Shown here: positions 1 to 12,970 of the stretch, piece by piece
How positions within the stretch are numbered: position 1 is the first letter of the stretch
How the letters are laid out: each line of letters begins with the position of its first letter
NCBI GenBank assembly: GCA_977017645.1
Contig: OZ360230.1
Span: 121,086,001-121,150,000 of the forward strand
DNA length: 64,000 nt
Direction of reading: 5' to 3'
From: Torpedo marmorata
Taxonomy: Eukaryota
Notes under the pieces: model-generated
The model's input: the letters and a program-made list of their open reading frames with translations, nothing else
Told to the model about the DNA's origin: nothing
The model's database searches: none
Program-made: the position numbers and the translations under genes

Positions 1-1096
1 GCCTTTACCGGGGGTAAATCCCCTTCCTCAGGTTCCCCCTTTCCCTCTTCTGCGGACACGTGTCTCCTGCGCTTTGTCCCACCTACTTTCTGAGGCACAG
101 AGACTTCCATCTCTGAGGAATCCTCGGCCTCTGACACCCCATCACCCTCCCCGACTCCCTCAGGCCCCTGTTGACCCCCAGAGACTATCGGGTCCTCTGG
201 GTCGGGCCTGGAGGAAACCGCCGACTCCTGCTTCTCCAGAGGAGGGGCTTGGAGGTATTTCGTCTTCCTCCGTGCCTTCCTCCCCTTTGCAGGAGTCCAC
301 TCCTCCCCACTGTCCGGCCCACGCTCTTCCCCAATGCCCTTTTCCCCCACCGCAGGAGGAACATCTCCCCCGGGGGGAGAAACAGCTGGAGGGGGGACAG
401 CAGAAGAAGGGCCAGCTGCGCCTCCTCGCACCGTCGAGGTGGAGGCAACAGCCCGCCGGTTAGGGCAATCCCTCCGAATGTGCCCATACCCCTTGCATTC
501 CCGGCACCTCGGACGCCCCGTGGCCCAGTACACGGGATAAGTATTCCCCTCCACGTCCACCTGGAACTGCCCCTCAGCATCCCCTCCCCGCGCCAACTGC
601 ATAAAAACGAGCCTTTATAGCCATACAATGACTTATAGCCAGGTATGGCAGGCTTGCGCAGCATTGGGGTGATATCCGATTTTATATCCCCCAGAGATTG
701 CAGGTGAGGGAGAATGGCTGTATCAGGAATATGGGGATACACGGCAGACAGGACCACCTTCTGCACGCGGGCCATCACTGGCTTCACTGGTATGAAGAGC
801 CCTCCCACCGACAGCCCCTTAGTCAGGGCCAGGGACACCTTTTTAGTGGACCGCAAGAAAAACATTGTCTTCCCGTGAATTTTATCTACCGCAACGATAC
901 CCTCCTTCACACCTATAGTCTGAGACAGAGCTTTTAAACCGCCTTCCAGACCGATGGACGGAGGTATATTACATTGTACGGCATTTTCCAAAGTCATTAA
1001 TCTGAAGGGTGACACCTTTGCAGGAGCCCCACCTTCAGGAGCTGCAACTGCTGCGTAGGTCTGAGGGGCCGCCATCTTAGAGCGGCAGCTCGCCAT
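1..1096 (-). pseudogene. Tx1 ORF1 (nucleic-acid binding, CCHC knuckle), partial, frameshifted near 615
   Basis: Same N-terminus as the other copies; 1-bp deletion (gcctttatagcc vs gccttttaaagcc) shifts the frame after YKSLYG. Confidence 0.85.
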
Positions 1097-1661
1097 GATG
1101 AAAGTCCTAGGCAGTCAGTAATTATCGCACCTGCTGATATGAAACACTGTCCTTCTACCAGCGGAGCACACAATTAATCAGTTTTCCAAAAGTTTAGCAG
1201 TGCAGGGAAGGGAGTATGGTGGGAGTTTCCACAGGAATGTCTGTGCACTGATGACTGCAACGCTCTTCTTCTCGAGCGCAGGGTATATATCCTCCTCCGA
1301 GTCAGCCCGATTCTTCTGCAGCCTCACGAGTCCCAGGAACCGTTGATGATCTTTGTTCCCCAGTCGTCCTGAGCGAAGGTCCTCGGTTGGGACTGGGCTT
1401 TCCGATGATAAGGACCCAACTCCCACTGAAGTCCAGAAATGGCTTTGGCAATCTGCCAGCTACTGCTGCTCCAAAGCACTCAGGCACAGTCAAAGACCTT
1501 GCAGTGCAAAATCTTCTTTCTTCCTCCAAAAACGACCACCGCTGGGATGAGAATGCACTCCCACACTTTTCAGCGACCTCTGCACTTGCACTTATCAATT
1601 TTGAAAACCATAAATTCTTGGTCAACGATAGAGCTCAGGCAGTACCGCCGCTCCCACAGTG
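1..1661 (-). mobile_element. Tx1-clade non-LTR retrotransposon, 5' part (copy 0, cut by window edge)
   Basis: 5'UTR starting CACTGTGGGAGC at 1661 and ORF1 N-terminus. Confidence 0.9.
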
Positions 1662-1735
1662 CGACCCTTCCTTCATAACGGCCCTCCCTTCATAACGACC
1701 CTTCCTTCATAACGGCTCTTCTTTCATAACGGCCC
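1662..1735. repeat. 17-bp minisatellite TTCCTTCATAACGRCCC, 4 units, between Tx1 5' end and DYNLT1 poly(A); present at the same place in every unit
   Basis: Direct reading: cgaccc-ttccttcataacggccc-tcccttcataacgaccc-ttccttcataacggctc-ttctttcataacggccc. Confidence 0.95.
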
Positions 1736-2360
1736 TTTTTTTAAAAATTAAACATTCCATATTTATTTTATAAACAACATAACTTTACATGAAAACAATG
1801 TTACTTGTTCCTTTTTGTGCAACATAGAATTAAAAAGATGGTGCATAAAAACTAAAATTCTTGGCATCAAAGCAATACTGAAGACGAGATGTTGCACAGG
1901 ACAAAAACTTTAATTGCCTTTAATTAATATTAAACTATATCATCCTTCACAGTAATGGTCTTTAAAAGGAGGTTGAATGTAGCATCCAGAAGTCATCAAG
2001 GTTTTAGATGCTCAGCCCAAAGACAGTGAGGATACAATACATCTCACAGTACAGCTTCCATCAGAATTGTTGTCCCAGTAACAGGAACTTGCTGAGAGCA
2101 GACCAGCTCCATTCTTCTGCATTATCACAGATGTCACAATGTATTTGAACGGTTTGCCTAGTTTGTTGAGTTGACTGAGACAGAGATCCACCACACTAGT
2201 TGTCCACTGGTTAACTGCTTGGTTGATACGCATTTCCACCAATTGTAGTCTCTATTGAATCCTTAACAACACCACTGACTTCAACAATAAATTTAGTCTA
2301 TAAAAGAAATGGCACAGATTAGTTTTAGTCTTGGAAAGCTTTTGTACGTGGTAGAGATGC
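1736..2360 (-). pseudogene. DYNLT1: DYNLT1 (Tctex-1 dynein light chain) retrocopy, frameshifted
   Basis: [41 protein letters not shown]; no internal introns, 3'UTR, AATAAA, A7 tail; 2-bp and 16-bp deletions. Confidence 0.92.
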
Positions 2361-2422
2361 ACGGCCCTTTGCTTCATAACGGCCCTTCCTTCATAACGGC
2401 CTTTCATAACGACCCTTCCCCC
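2361..2422. repeat. 17-bp minisatellite, about 3 units, between DYNLT1 5' end and the truncated Tx1 ORF2 (2-3 units in every array unit)
   Basis: acggccc-tttgcttcataacggccc-ttccttcataacggcc-tttcataacgaccc. Confidence 0.9.
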
Positions 2423-4980
2423 AATCGGTAGACTCAGGACCGCCGCAGAGACCCAGTGTTTCCTGTTGCCCCAGAAGAAGTCCACCAACTTCCTCTGGAT
2501 TCACATGGCAAAGGCAGCAGGTGGGACCAAGGTGACCAACCGGTACCATAACATGGAGGCCACCAGCTGGTTGATGACCACCACCCTGCCTTGGTAGGAA
2601 AGCACCGCAAGGAGACCTGACCAGCGTACCAGCCGGGCAGCGATCTTGGCCTCCAGATCCTGCCAGTTCACCAGCCAGGTGTCCCCAGTGGGACTCAGGT
2701 GAACCCACAAGTAGAAAAGATGCGTGGTGCTCCACGTAAATGGTTTCATCTCCTCCGGCAGGGATTCCACCCGCCACTGACCCACCAAAAGTCCAGAACA
2801 TTTAGCCCAATTGATCCTGGCAGAGGACGCAGCAGAGAAGACCTGCTGGCACTCCCGCATCCTCCGCAGGTCAACGGGGTCGGTCACCATGAGGAGCACG
2901 TCATCAGCATAGGCCGAGAGGACGACCTCCATTTCCAGCTCACGTAGAACCATCCCCGTCAACTTCCTCCGAAGAAGACTCAGGAATGGCTCCACACAGA
3001 TGGTGTACAACTGGCCAGACATGGGGCATCCCTGATGTACTCCCCTGTGAAAAGGTATGGGGCAATCAAGGATCCGTTCACTTTGATGAGACACTCTGCG
3101 GCAGAGTACAAGAGATGAATCCGGGCAACAAAGTGATGTCCGAACCCAAAAGTCTGCAGAGTACCCACTAGGTAGCTGTGGTCCACCCTATCAAACGCCT
3201 TCTCCTGATCCAGGGAGAGAAAGGCTGCTGATATACCAGTCTCCTGGGACAGATGGATCAGGTCCTGCACCAGATAGATATTGTTCTGGATGGACCGGTC
3301 TGGGACGGTGTATGGTCAGGGTGGACAACCTGCCCCAGCACAGAGCCCAGACGGTTGGCCAATGCCTGGGCGAAGACCTTGTAGTCCGTGCACAGGAGAG
3401 ACACCGGCCGCCAGTTCTTCATCAGGCGGTGGTCTCCCTTCTTCGGCAGCAGGACCACGACGGCTCTCCGCCACGAGAGGGGCATCTCTCCGGTGGCCAG
3501 GCTCTCACCCAGGACACGTGCATAGTCCTCACCCAGGACATCCCAAAAAGCCCGGAGGAACTCAACAGTCAGGCCGACCAAGCCAGGAGACTTGCCGCTC
3601 TTGAGTTGGTGCAGGGCCAGGGACAGCTCACCCGGTGTCAGGGGAGCATCCAACCTTTCAACTGCCTCCGGATCAACCTTTGGCAGACCCTCCTATAGGA
3701 CCCTGCGCGCGTCTCCATCTGACGGGTCAGATGAGAACAAGGCTCCATAAAAAGAGCGGACAGTCAGGAGGATTTCTGCCGGATTTGTGACACAGGAGCC
3801 GCTGTCAGACAGCAACTCCACCATCTGCTTCCGTATTCCCCGGCTCTTCTCCAACGAGAAGAAGAAAGGTGAGACGCGGTCCAAATCATGGAGTAGTTGG
3901 ATCCGTGACCTCACGTGCGCACCTCGGGACTGCTTGAGCTGCAGGTTTCTCAACGCATCCTTCTTCCTCTGGTGCTCCTGCCACAGGAATGGATCCCCAG
4001 GGGTCAGACCGAGACGAAACAACAAGTCGAGCACCTCTCTCTCAAGCCGCCCGATCTCGGAGTTCCGGCTCTTGGTCGACCCCCTGATGTACTCCTGACA
4101 CAGCAGACGAATGTGGGCCTTGCCCACATCCCACCACAGCCGCAGGGAGCAGAATTCCTCCCACTGCCCCCTCCAGGTGGTCCAGAACTCCCTGAACGAA
4201 TCCTGGAATCGGTTGTCCTCCAGCAGCTGGTTGTTAAAATGCCAAAACACGGACCCCACCTGCGGGCAGGACGGAGTGAAGTCTGCCCAGACGAGATGAT
4301 GGTCATAGCACGCCACCAGCCGCATGGAGGCAGCCGACACCCGGGAGACATGCGCCCTGGAGATATACAAACGGTCAATTCGCGAGCCTCCCCCTCCTCC
4401 ATCCCTCCTTGAGTAAGCACAGGAGTCCGGGTGGAGGTTCCGCCAGACATCGACCATATCGAAGGAACCCAGTAGCTCCCTCAGCAGCTTCACCGAGGCT
4501 CGGCAAGACCGAGGGCCAAAACGATCCCTGTCCTCGAGGGTGGAGTTAAAATCACCCCCGAGGATAACACATTCGCCCTGGCTAAAAGAAGCCAGCAGGG
4601 CGGACACATCTCGAAACAGGTGCGCCTGTGCCGGGCCGGGCTCCGGGGCGTAAACGTTGACAAGGTGCAACGGTACGCCATCCTGGCGCACGGCCAGATG
4701 GAGCAGACGGCCTGGCACCAACTGCTGAACCGTAAGGATCTCAAGTTGGAAGGTCGGGGCCAACAAAATAGCCACCCCGCTCGAAGTGGAGCTGAGGTGA
4801 CTCATGTATACCCCTCCCTCACCACTCCAGGAGCCAGGTGGATTCGTCTCCTGGACCGGTGCGTGTCTCCTGCAGGAAACTCACCGCATATCTCCCTCTC
4901 CTAAGGACCGAGAGATGGTGGAACCTGCGGAGAGACCCCCTTCCGCCGTTGATGTTCAGGCTGGTGTCGGTAATCGTCAT
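2418..4980 (-). pseudogene. Tx1 ORF2 (APE endonuclease + reverse transcriptase), disrupted and 3'-truncated
   Basis: Start MTITDTSLNING; fragments 3693-4805, 3258-3653, 2980-3270, 2501-3094 carry EN and RT motifs, separated by stops and frameshifts. Confidence 0.92.
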
Positions 4981-7033
4981 GACAAGTCACTGGAGACGCC
5001 GTCGCCAGAGACCTGGGTTGAGGGAGAAGAGCTCCTTGCAGAGCCTCCCATCGCTATAAGTGCCAGCAGCAAGGCCTGCAGGAGCGACTTGAAATTGCGC
5101 CGCTCATTCCTGGTCAATACTGACTCTTTCCTCGTCCTTTTAAGGATGTTGTAAATGGACTGAACAACCCCAGGAAGATCCGACCAGCGGGCGGAAGCCA
5201 ACTGGGCTTTATTCTGTCTCCCCCGGGTGTCCTCCAGGAACTCCCTCACCTCCCCCACAGTGACGACCGTGGACCCAGAACTGGGGACAAAGAGGTCTGC
5301 CAGCTCTGCTTCAAAGGAGTCCTCCTCGCCGTATCCCGTATCTTTGTCCTCTTCCAGGCAAGCACCCCCACTGGCCGACGTGCCCACTCCTGTCCGCGTG
5401 GCAGCGAGCAAGGGAGGCACTGACGCCCCTTGATCCAGGACCCCGGGTGTGGCAGGGCTTGTGCCCCCTACACCACCACTTCCCAGTACAGGTGACTCAC
5501 AGACTCTCAATGAGTCCGAACGAAGGACACGTGTTGTCTAAGTCGTACCCGCCTCCACACCCTGGTCACCCATCTTCACAGAATGAGCCGGTGACCCATG
5601 AACTGAGCGGACTGGTGACCCGGGAGCCGTCTGTCCCTCGACAGGACCCCTTGCCTCGATAGAGGCCACAAACTGGGCTACCACCCCACCGGGCGACCTT
5701 CCTCCTTCAGGTGACCCCTGGATTCTGGGGCTATCTACGTCACCGGGCGTCGCGCACTCTGGGTGCGTAACCACACCAGACGGTAGGTCCCCTCCCTCCC
5801 GCTCAGCGGAATCCCCCACCGGCTCTGGATATGTTTGCTCAGGAAGTGCTGCCCAGAGGGCAAATCACCACCCTCAAGTGGCCCTGCCGTAACAGGGCCA
5901 CCCTCTAGCTCCGGGAAGGCACTCTCCGCGCATGCGGCCTTTACCGGGGGTAAATCCCCTTCCTCAGGTTCCCCCTTTCCCTCTTCTGCGGACACGTGTC
6001 TCCTGCGCTTTGTCCCACCTACTTTCTGAGGCACAGAGACTTCCATCTCTGAGGAATCCTCGGCCTCTGACACCCCATCACCCTCCCCGACTCCCTCAGG
6101 CCCCTGTTGACCCCCAGAGACTATAGGGTCCTCTGGGTCGGGCCTGGAGGAAACCGCCGACTCCTGCTTCTCCAGAGGAGGGGCTTGGAGGTGTTTCGTC
6201 TTCCTCCGTGCCTTCCTCCCCTTTGCAGGAGTCCACCCCTCCCCACTGTCCGGCCCACGCTCTTCCCCAATGCCCTTTTCCCCCACCGCAGGAGGGACAT
6301 CTCCCCCGGGGGGAGAAACAGCTGGAGGGGGGACAGCAGAAGAAGGGCCAGCTGCGCCTCCTCGCACCGTCGAGGTGGAGGCAACAGCCCGCCGGTTAGG
6401 GCAATCCCTCCGAATGTGCCCATACCCCTTGCATTCCCGGCACCTCGGACGCCCCGTGGCCCAGTACACGGGATAAGTATTCCCCTCCACGTCCACCTGG
6501 AACTGCCCCTCAGCATCCCCTCCCCGCGCCAACTGCATAAAAACGAGCCTTTTAAAGCCATACAATGACTTATAGCCAGGTATGGCAGGCTTACGCAGCA
6601 TTGGGGTGATATCCGATTTTATATCCCCCAGAGATTGCAGGTGAGGGAGAATGGCTGTATCAGGAATATGGGGATACACGGCAGACAGGACCACCTTCTG
6701 CACGCGGGCCATCACTGGCTTCACCGGTATGAAGAGCCCTCCCACCGACAGCCCCTTAGTCAGGGCCAGGGACACCTTTTTAGTGGACCGCAAGAAAAAC
6801 ATTGTCTTCCCGTGAATTTTATCTACCGCAACGATACCCTCCTTCCCACCTATAGTCTGAGACAGAGCTTTTAAACCGCCTTCCAGACCGATGGACGGAG
6901 GTATATTACATTGTACGGCATTTTCCAAAGTCATTAATCTGAAGGGTGACACCTTTGCAGGAGCCCCACCTCCAGGAGCTGCAACTGCTGCGTAGGTCCG
7001 AGGGGCTGCCATCTTAGAGCGGCAGCTCGCCAT
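4977..7033 (-). pseudogene. Tx1 ORF1, disrupted (4-bp deletion and premature TAG)
   Basis: RTYAAVA, KVVLSAV, CX2CX4HX4C knuckle; C-terminal REFLEDTRG..RWSDLP segment; fragments of 432, 93 and 177 aa. Confidence 0.9.
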
Positions 7034-7672
7034 GATGAAAGTCCTAGGCAGTCAGTAATTATCGCACCTGCTGATATGAAACACTGTCCTTCTACCAGCG
7101 GAGCACACAATTAATCAGTTTTCCAAATGTTTAGCAGTGCAGGGAAGGGAGTATGGTGGGAGTTTCCACAGGAATGTCTGTGCACTGATGACTGCAACGC
7201 TCTTCTTCTCGAGCGCAGGGTATATATCCTCCTCCGAGTCAGCCCGATTCTTCTGCAGCCTCACGAGTCCCAGGAACCGTTGATGATCTGTGTTCCCCAG
7301 TCGTCCTGAGCGAAGGTCCTCGGTTGGGACTGGGCTTTCCGATGATAAGGACCCAACTCCCACTGAAGTCCAGAAATGGCTTTGGCAATCTGCCAGCTAC
7401 TGCTGCTCCACAGCACTCAGGCACAGTCAAAGACCTTGTAGTGCAAAATCTTCTTTCTTCCTCCAAAAACGACCACCGCTGGGATGAGAATGCACTCCCA
7501 CACTTTTCAGCGACCTCTGCACTTGCACTTATCAATTTTGAAAACAATAAATTCTTGGTCAACGATAGAGCTCAGGCAGTACCGCCGCTCCCACAGTGCG
7601 ACCCTTCCTTCATAACGGCCCTCCCTTCATAACGACCCTTCCTTCATAACGGCTCTTCTTTCATAACGGCCC

Positions 7673-8297
7673 TTTTTTTTAAAATTAAACATTCCATATT
7701 TATTTTATAAACAACGTAACTTTACATGAAAACAATGTTACTTGTTCCTTTTTGTGCAACATAGAATTAAAAAGATGGTGCATAAAAACTAAAATCCTTG
7801 GCATCAAAGCAATACTGAAGACGAGATGTTGCACAGGACAAAAACTTTAATTGCCTTTAATTAATATTAAACTATATCATCCTTCACAGTAATGGTCTTT
7901 AAAAGGAGGTTGAATGTAGCATCCAGAAGTCATCAAGGTTTTAGATGCTCAGCCCAAAGACAGTGAGGATACAATACATCTCACAGTACAGCTTCCATCA
8001 GAATTGTTGTCCCAGTAACAGGAACTTGCTGAGAGCAGACCAGCTCCATTCTTCTGCATTATCACAGATGTCACAATGTATTTGAACGGTTTGCCTAGTT
8101 TGTTGAGTTGACTGAGACAGAGATCCACCACACTAGTTGTCCACTGGTTAACTGCTTGGTTGATACGCATTTCCACCAATTGTAGTCTCTATTGAATCCT
8201 TAACAACACCACTGACTTCAACAATAAATTTAGTCTATAAAAGAAATGGCACAGATTAGTTTTAGTCTTGGAAAGCTTTTGTACGTGGTAGAGATGC
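7673..8297 (-). pseudogene. DYNLT1: DYNLT1 retrocopy, frameshifted
   Basis: Near-identical to 1736-2360. Confidence 0.92.
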
Positions 8298-8354
8298 ACG
8301 GCCCTTTGCTTCATAACGGCCCTTCCTTCATAACGGCCTTTCATAACGACCCTT

Positions 8355-10917
8355 CCTCCAATCGGTAGACTCAGGACCGCCGCAGAGACCCAGTGTTTCC
8401 TGTTGCCCCAGAAGAAGTCCACCAACTTCCTCTGGATTCACATGGCAAAGGCAGCAGGTGGGACCAAGGTGACCAACCGGTACCATAACATGGAGGCCAC
8501 CAGCTGGTTGATGACCACCACCCTGCCTTGGTAGGAAAGCACCGCAAGGAGACCTGACCAGCGTACCAGCCGGGCAGCGATCTTGGCCTCCAGATCCTGC
8601 CAGTTCACCAGCCAGGTGTCCCCAGTGGGACTCAGGTGAACCCACAAGTAGAAAAGATGCGTGGTGCTCCACGTAAATGGTTTCATCTCCTCCGGCAGGG
8701 ATTCCACCCGCCACTGACCCACCAAAAGTCCAGAACATTTAGCCCAATTGATCCTGGCAGAGGACGCAGCAGAGAAGACCTGCTGGCACTCCCGCATCCT
8801 CCGCAGGTCAACGGGGTCGGTCACCATGAGGAGCACGTCATCAGCATAGGCCGAGAGGACGACCTCCATTTCCAGCTCACGTAGAACCATCCCCGTGAAC
8901 TTCCTCCGAAGAAGACTCAGGAGTGGCTCCACACAGATGGTGTACAACTGGCCAGACATGGGGCATCCCTGACGTACTCCCCTGTGAAAAGGTATGGGGC
9001 AATCAAGGATCCGTTCACTTTGATGAGACACTCTGCGGCAGAGTACAAGAGATGAATCCGGGCAACAAAGTGATGTCCGAACCCAAAAGTCTGCAGAGTA
9101 CCCACTAGGTAGCTGTGGTCCACCCTATCAAACGCCTTCTCCTGATCCAGGGAGAGAAAGGCTGCTGATATACCAGTCTCCTGGGACAGATGGATCAGGT
9201 CCTGCACCAGATAGATATTGTTCTGGATGGACCGGTCTGGGACGGTGTATGGTCAGGGTGGACAACCTGCCCCAGCACAGAGCCCAGACGGTTGGCCAAT
9301 GCCTGGGCGAAGACCTTGTAGTCCGTGCACAGGAGAGACACCGGCCGCCAGTTCTTCAACAGGCGGTGGTCTCCCTTCCTCGGCAGCAGGACCACGACGG
9401 CTCTCCGCCACGAGAGGGGCATCTCTCCGGTGGCCAGGCTCTCACCCAGGACACGTGCATAGTCCTCACCCAGGACATCCCAAAAAGCCCGGAGGAACTC
9501 AACAGTCAGGCCGACCAAGCCAGGAGACTTGCCGCTCTTGAGTTGGTGCAGGGCCAGGGACAGCTCACCCGGTGTCAGGGGAGCATCCAACCTTTCAACT
9601 GCCTCCGGATCAACCTTTGGCAGACCCTCCTATAGGACCCTGAGCGCGTCTCCATCTGACGGGTCAGATGAGAACAAGGCTCCATAAAAAGAGCGGACAG
9701 TCAGGAGGATTTCTGCCGGATTTGTGACACAGGAGCCGCTGTCAGACAGCAACTCCACCATCTGCTTCCGTATTCCCCGGCTCTTCTCCAACGAGAAGAA
9801 GAAAGGTGAGACGCGGTCCAAATCATGGAGTAGTTGGATCCGTGACCTCACGTGCGCACCTCGGGACTGCTTGAGCTGCAGGTTTCTCAACGCATCCTTC
9901 TTCCTCTGGTGCTCCTGCCACAGGAATGGATCCCCAGGGGTCAGACCGAGACGAAACAACAAGTCGAGCACCTCTCTCTCAAGCCGCCCGATCTCGGAGT
10001 TCCGGCTCTTGGTCGACCCCCTGATGTACTCCTGACACAGCAGACGAATGTGGGCCTTGCCCACATCCCACCACAGCCGCAGGGAGCAGAATTCCTCCCA
10101 CTGCCCCCTCCAGGTGGTCCAGAACTCCCTGAACGAATCCTGGAATCGGTTGTCCTCCAGCAGCTGGTTGTTAAAATGCCAAAACACGGACCCCACCTGC
10201 GGGCAGGACGGAGTGAAGTCTGCCCAGACGAGATGATGGTCATAGCACGCCACCAGCCGCATGGAGGCAGCCGACACCCGGGAGACATGCGCCCTGGAGA
10301 TATACAAACGGTCAATTCGCGAGCCTCCCCCTCCTCCATCCCTCCTTGAGTAAGCACAGGAGTCCGGGTGGAGGTTCCGCCAGACATCGACCATATCGAA
10401 GGAACCCAGTAGCTCCCTCAGCAGCTTTACCGAGGCTCGGCAAGACCGAGGGCCAAAACGATCCCTGTCCTCGAGGGTGGAGTTAAAATCACCCCCGAGG
10501 ATAACACATTCGCCCTGGCTAAAAGAAGCCAGCAGGGCGGACACATCTCGAAACAGGTGCGCCTGTGCCGGGCCGGGCTCCGGGGCGTAAACGTTGACAA
10601 GGTGCAACGGTACGCCATCCTGGCGCACGGCCAGATGGAGCAGACGGCCTGGCACCAACTGCTGAACCGTAAGGATCTCAAGTTGGAAGGTCGGGGCCAA
10701 CAAAATAGCCACCCCGCTCGAAGTGGAGCTGAGGTGACTCATGTATACCCCTCCCTCACCACTCCAGGAGCCAGGTGGATTCGTCTCCTGGACCGGTGCG
10801 TGTCTCCTGCAGGAAACTCACCGCATATCTCCCTCTCCTAAGGACCGAGAGATGGTGGAACCTGCGGAGAGACCCCCTTCCGCCGTTGATGTTCAGGCTG
10901 GTGTCGGTAATCGTCAT
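8355..10917 (-). pseudogene. Tx1 ORF2 (APE+RT), disrupted
   Basis: EN and RT motifs in 4 fragments. Confidence 0.92.
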
Positions 10918-12970
10918 GACAAGTCACTGGAGACGCCGTCGCCAGAGACCTGGGTTGAGGGAGAAGAGCTCCTTGCAGAGCCTCCCATCGCTATAAGTGC
11001 CAGCAGCAAGGCCTGCAGGAGCGACTTGAAATTGCGCCGCTCATTCCTGGTCAATACTGACTCTTTCCTCGTCCTTTTAAGGATGTTGTAAATGGACTGA
11101 ACAACCCCAGGAAGATCCGACCAGCGGGCGGAAGCCAACTGGGCTTTATTCTGTCTCCCCCGGGTGTCCTCCAGGAACTCCCTCACCTCCCCCACAGTGA
11201 CGACCGTGGACCCAGAACTGGGGACAAAGAGGTCTGCCAGCTCTGCTTCAAAGGAGTCCTCCTCGCCGTATCCCGTATCTTTGTCCTCTTCCAGGCAAGC
11301 ACCCCCACTGGCCGACGTGCCCACTCCTGTCCGCGTGGCAGCGAGCAAGGGAGGCACTGACGCCCCTTGATCCAGGACCCCGGGTGTGGCAGGGCTTGTG
11401 CCCCCTACACCACCACTTCCCAGTACAGGTGACTCACAGACTCTCAATGAGTCCGAACGAAGGACACGTGTTGTCTAAGTCGTACCCGCCTCCACACCCT
11501 GGTCACCCATCTTCACAGAATGAGCCGGTGACCCATGAACTGAGCGGACTGGTGACCCGGGAGCCGTCTGTCCCTCGACAGGACCCCTTGCCTCGATAGA
11601 GGCCACAAACTGGGCTACCACCCCACCGGGCGACCTTCCTCCTTCAGGTGACCCCTGGATTCTGGGGCTATCTACGTCACCGGGCGTCGCGCACTCTGGG
11701 TGCGTAACCACACCAGACGGTAGGTCCCCTCCCTCCCGCTCAGCGGAATCCCCCACCGGCTCTGGATATGTTTGCTCAGGAAGTGCTGCCCAGAGGGCAA
11801 ATCACCACCCTCAAGTGGCCCTGCCGTAACAGGGCCACCCTCTAGCTCCGGGAAGGCACTCTCCGCGCATGCGGCCTTTACCGGGGGTAAATCCCCTTCC
11901 TCAGGTTCCCCCTTTCCCTCTTCTGCGGACACGTGTCTCCTGCGCTTTGTCCCACCTACTTTCTGAGGCACAGAGACTTCCATCTCTGAGGAATCCTCGG
12001 CCTCTGACACCCCATCACCCTCCCCGACTCCCTCAGGCCCCTGTTGACCCCCAGAGACTATAGGGTCCTCTGGGTCGGGCCTGGAGGAAACCGCCGACTC
12101 CTGCTTCTCCAGAGGAGGGGCTTGGAGGTGTTTCGTCTTCCTCCGTGCCTTCCTCCCCTTTGCAGGAGTCCACCCCTCCCCACTGTCCGGCCCACGCTCT
12201 TCCCCAATGCCCTTTTCCCCCACCGCAGGAGGGACATCTCCCCCGGGGGGAGAAACAGCTGGAGGGGGGACAGCAGAAGAAGGGCCAGCTGCGCCTCCTC
12301 GCACCGTCGAGGTGGAGGCAACAGCCCGCCGGTTAGGGCAATCCCTCCGAATGTGCCCATATCCCTTGCATTCCCGGCACCTCGGACGCCCCGTGGCCCA
12401 GTACACGGGATAAGTATTCCCCTCCACGTCCACCTGGAACTGCCCCTCAGCATCCCCTCCCCGCGCCAACTGCATAAAAACGAGCCTTTTAAAGCCATAC
12501 AATGACTTATAGCCAGGTATGGCAGGCTTACGCAGCATTGGGGTGATATCCGATTTTATATCCCCCAGAGATTGCAGGTGAGGGAGAATGGCTGTATCAG
12601 GAATATGGGGATACACGGCAGACAGGACCACCTTCTGCACGCGGGCCATCACTGGCTTCACCGGTATGAAGAGCCCTCCCACCGACAGCCCCTTAGTCAG
12701 GGCCAGGGACACCTTTTTAGTGGACCGCAAGAAAAACATTGTCTTCCCGTGAATTTTATCTACCGCAACGATACCCTCCTTCCCACCTATAGTCTGAGAC
12801 AGAGCTTTTAAACCGCCTTCCAGACCGATGGACGGAGGTATATTACATTGTACGGCATTTTCCAAAGTCATTAATCTGAAGGGTGACACCTTTGCAGGAG
12901 CCCCACCTCCAGGAGCTGCAACTGCTGCGTAGGTCCGAGGGGCTGCCATCTTAGAGCGGCAGCTCGCCAT
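10914..12970 (-). pseudogene. Tx1 ORF1, disrupted
   Basis: 432-aa frameshifted ORF with CCHC knuckle plus downstream fragments. Confidence 0.9.

Larger units (their letters stand above)
2418..7598 (-). mobile_element. Tx1-clade non-LTR retrotransposon, 3'-truncated (copy 1)
   Basis: 5'UTR + ORF1 (CRECKGYGHIRRDC) + ORF2 APE (GGDFN, SRIDR, DHH) and RT (QGCPMS, YADD); ends after LSLPIGG. Confidence 0.93.

Noticed and set aside
1178-1695. Short ORFs in the Tx1 5'UTR as an ORF0-like gene
   Set aside because: Mostly non-ATG starts, no motifs, and no independent evidence of conservation.
1662-1735. U2 snRNA, 5S rRNA or tRNA fragment as the Tx1 target
   Set aside because: No recognisable match to these RNAs on either strand at any junction.
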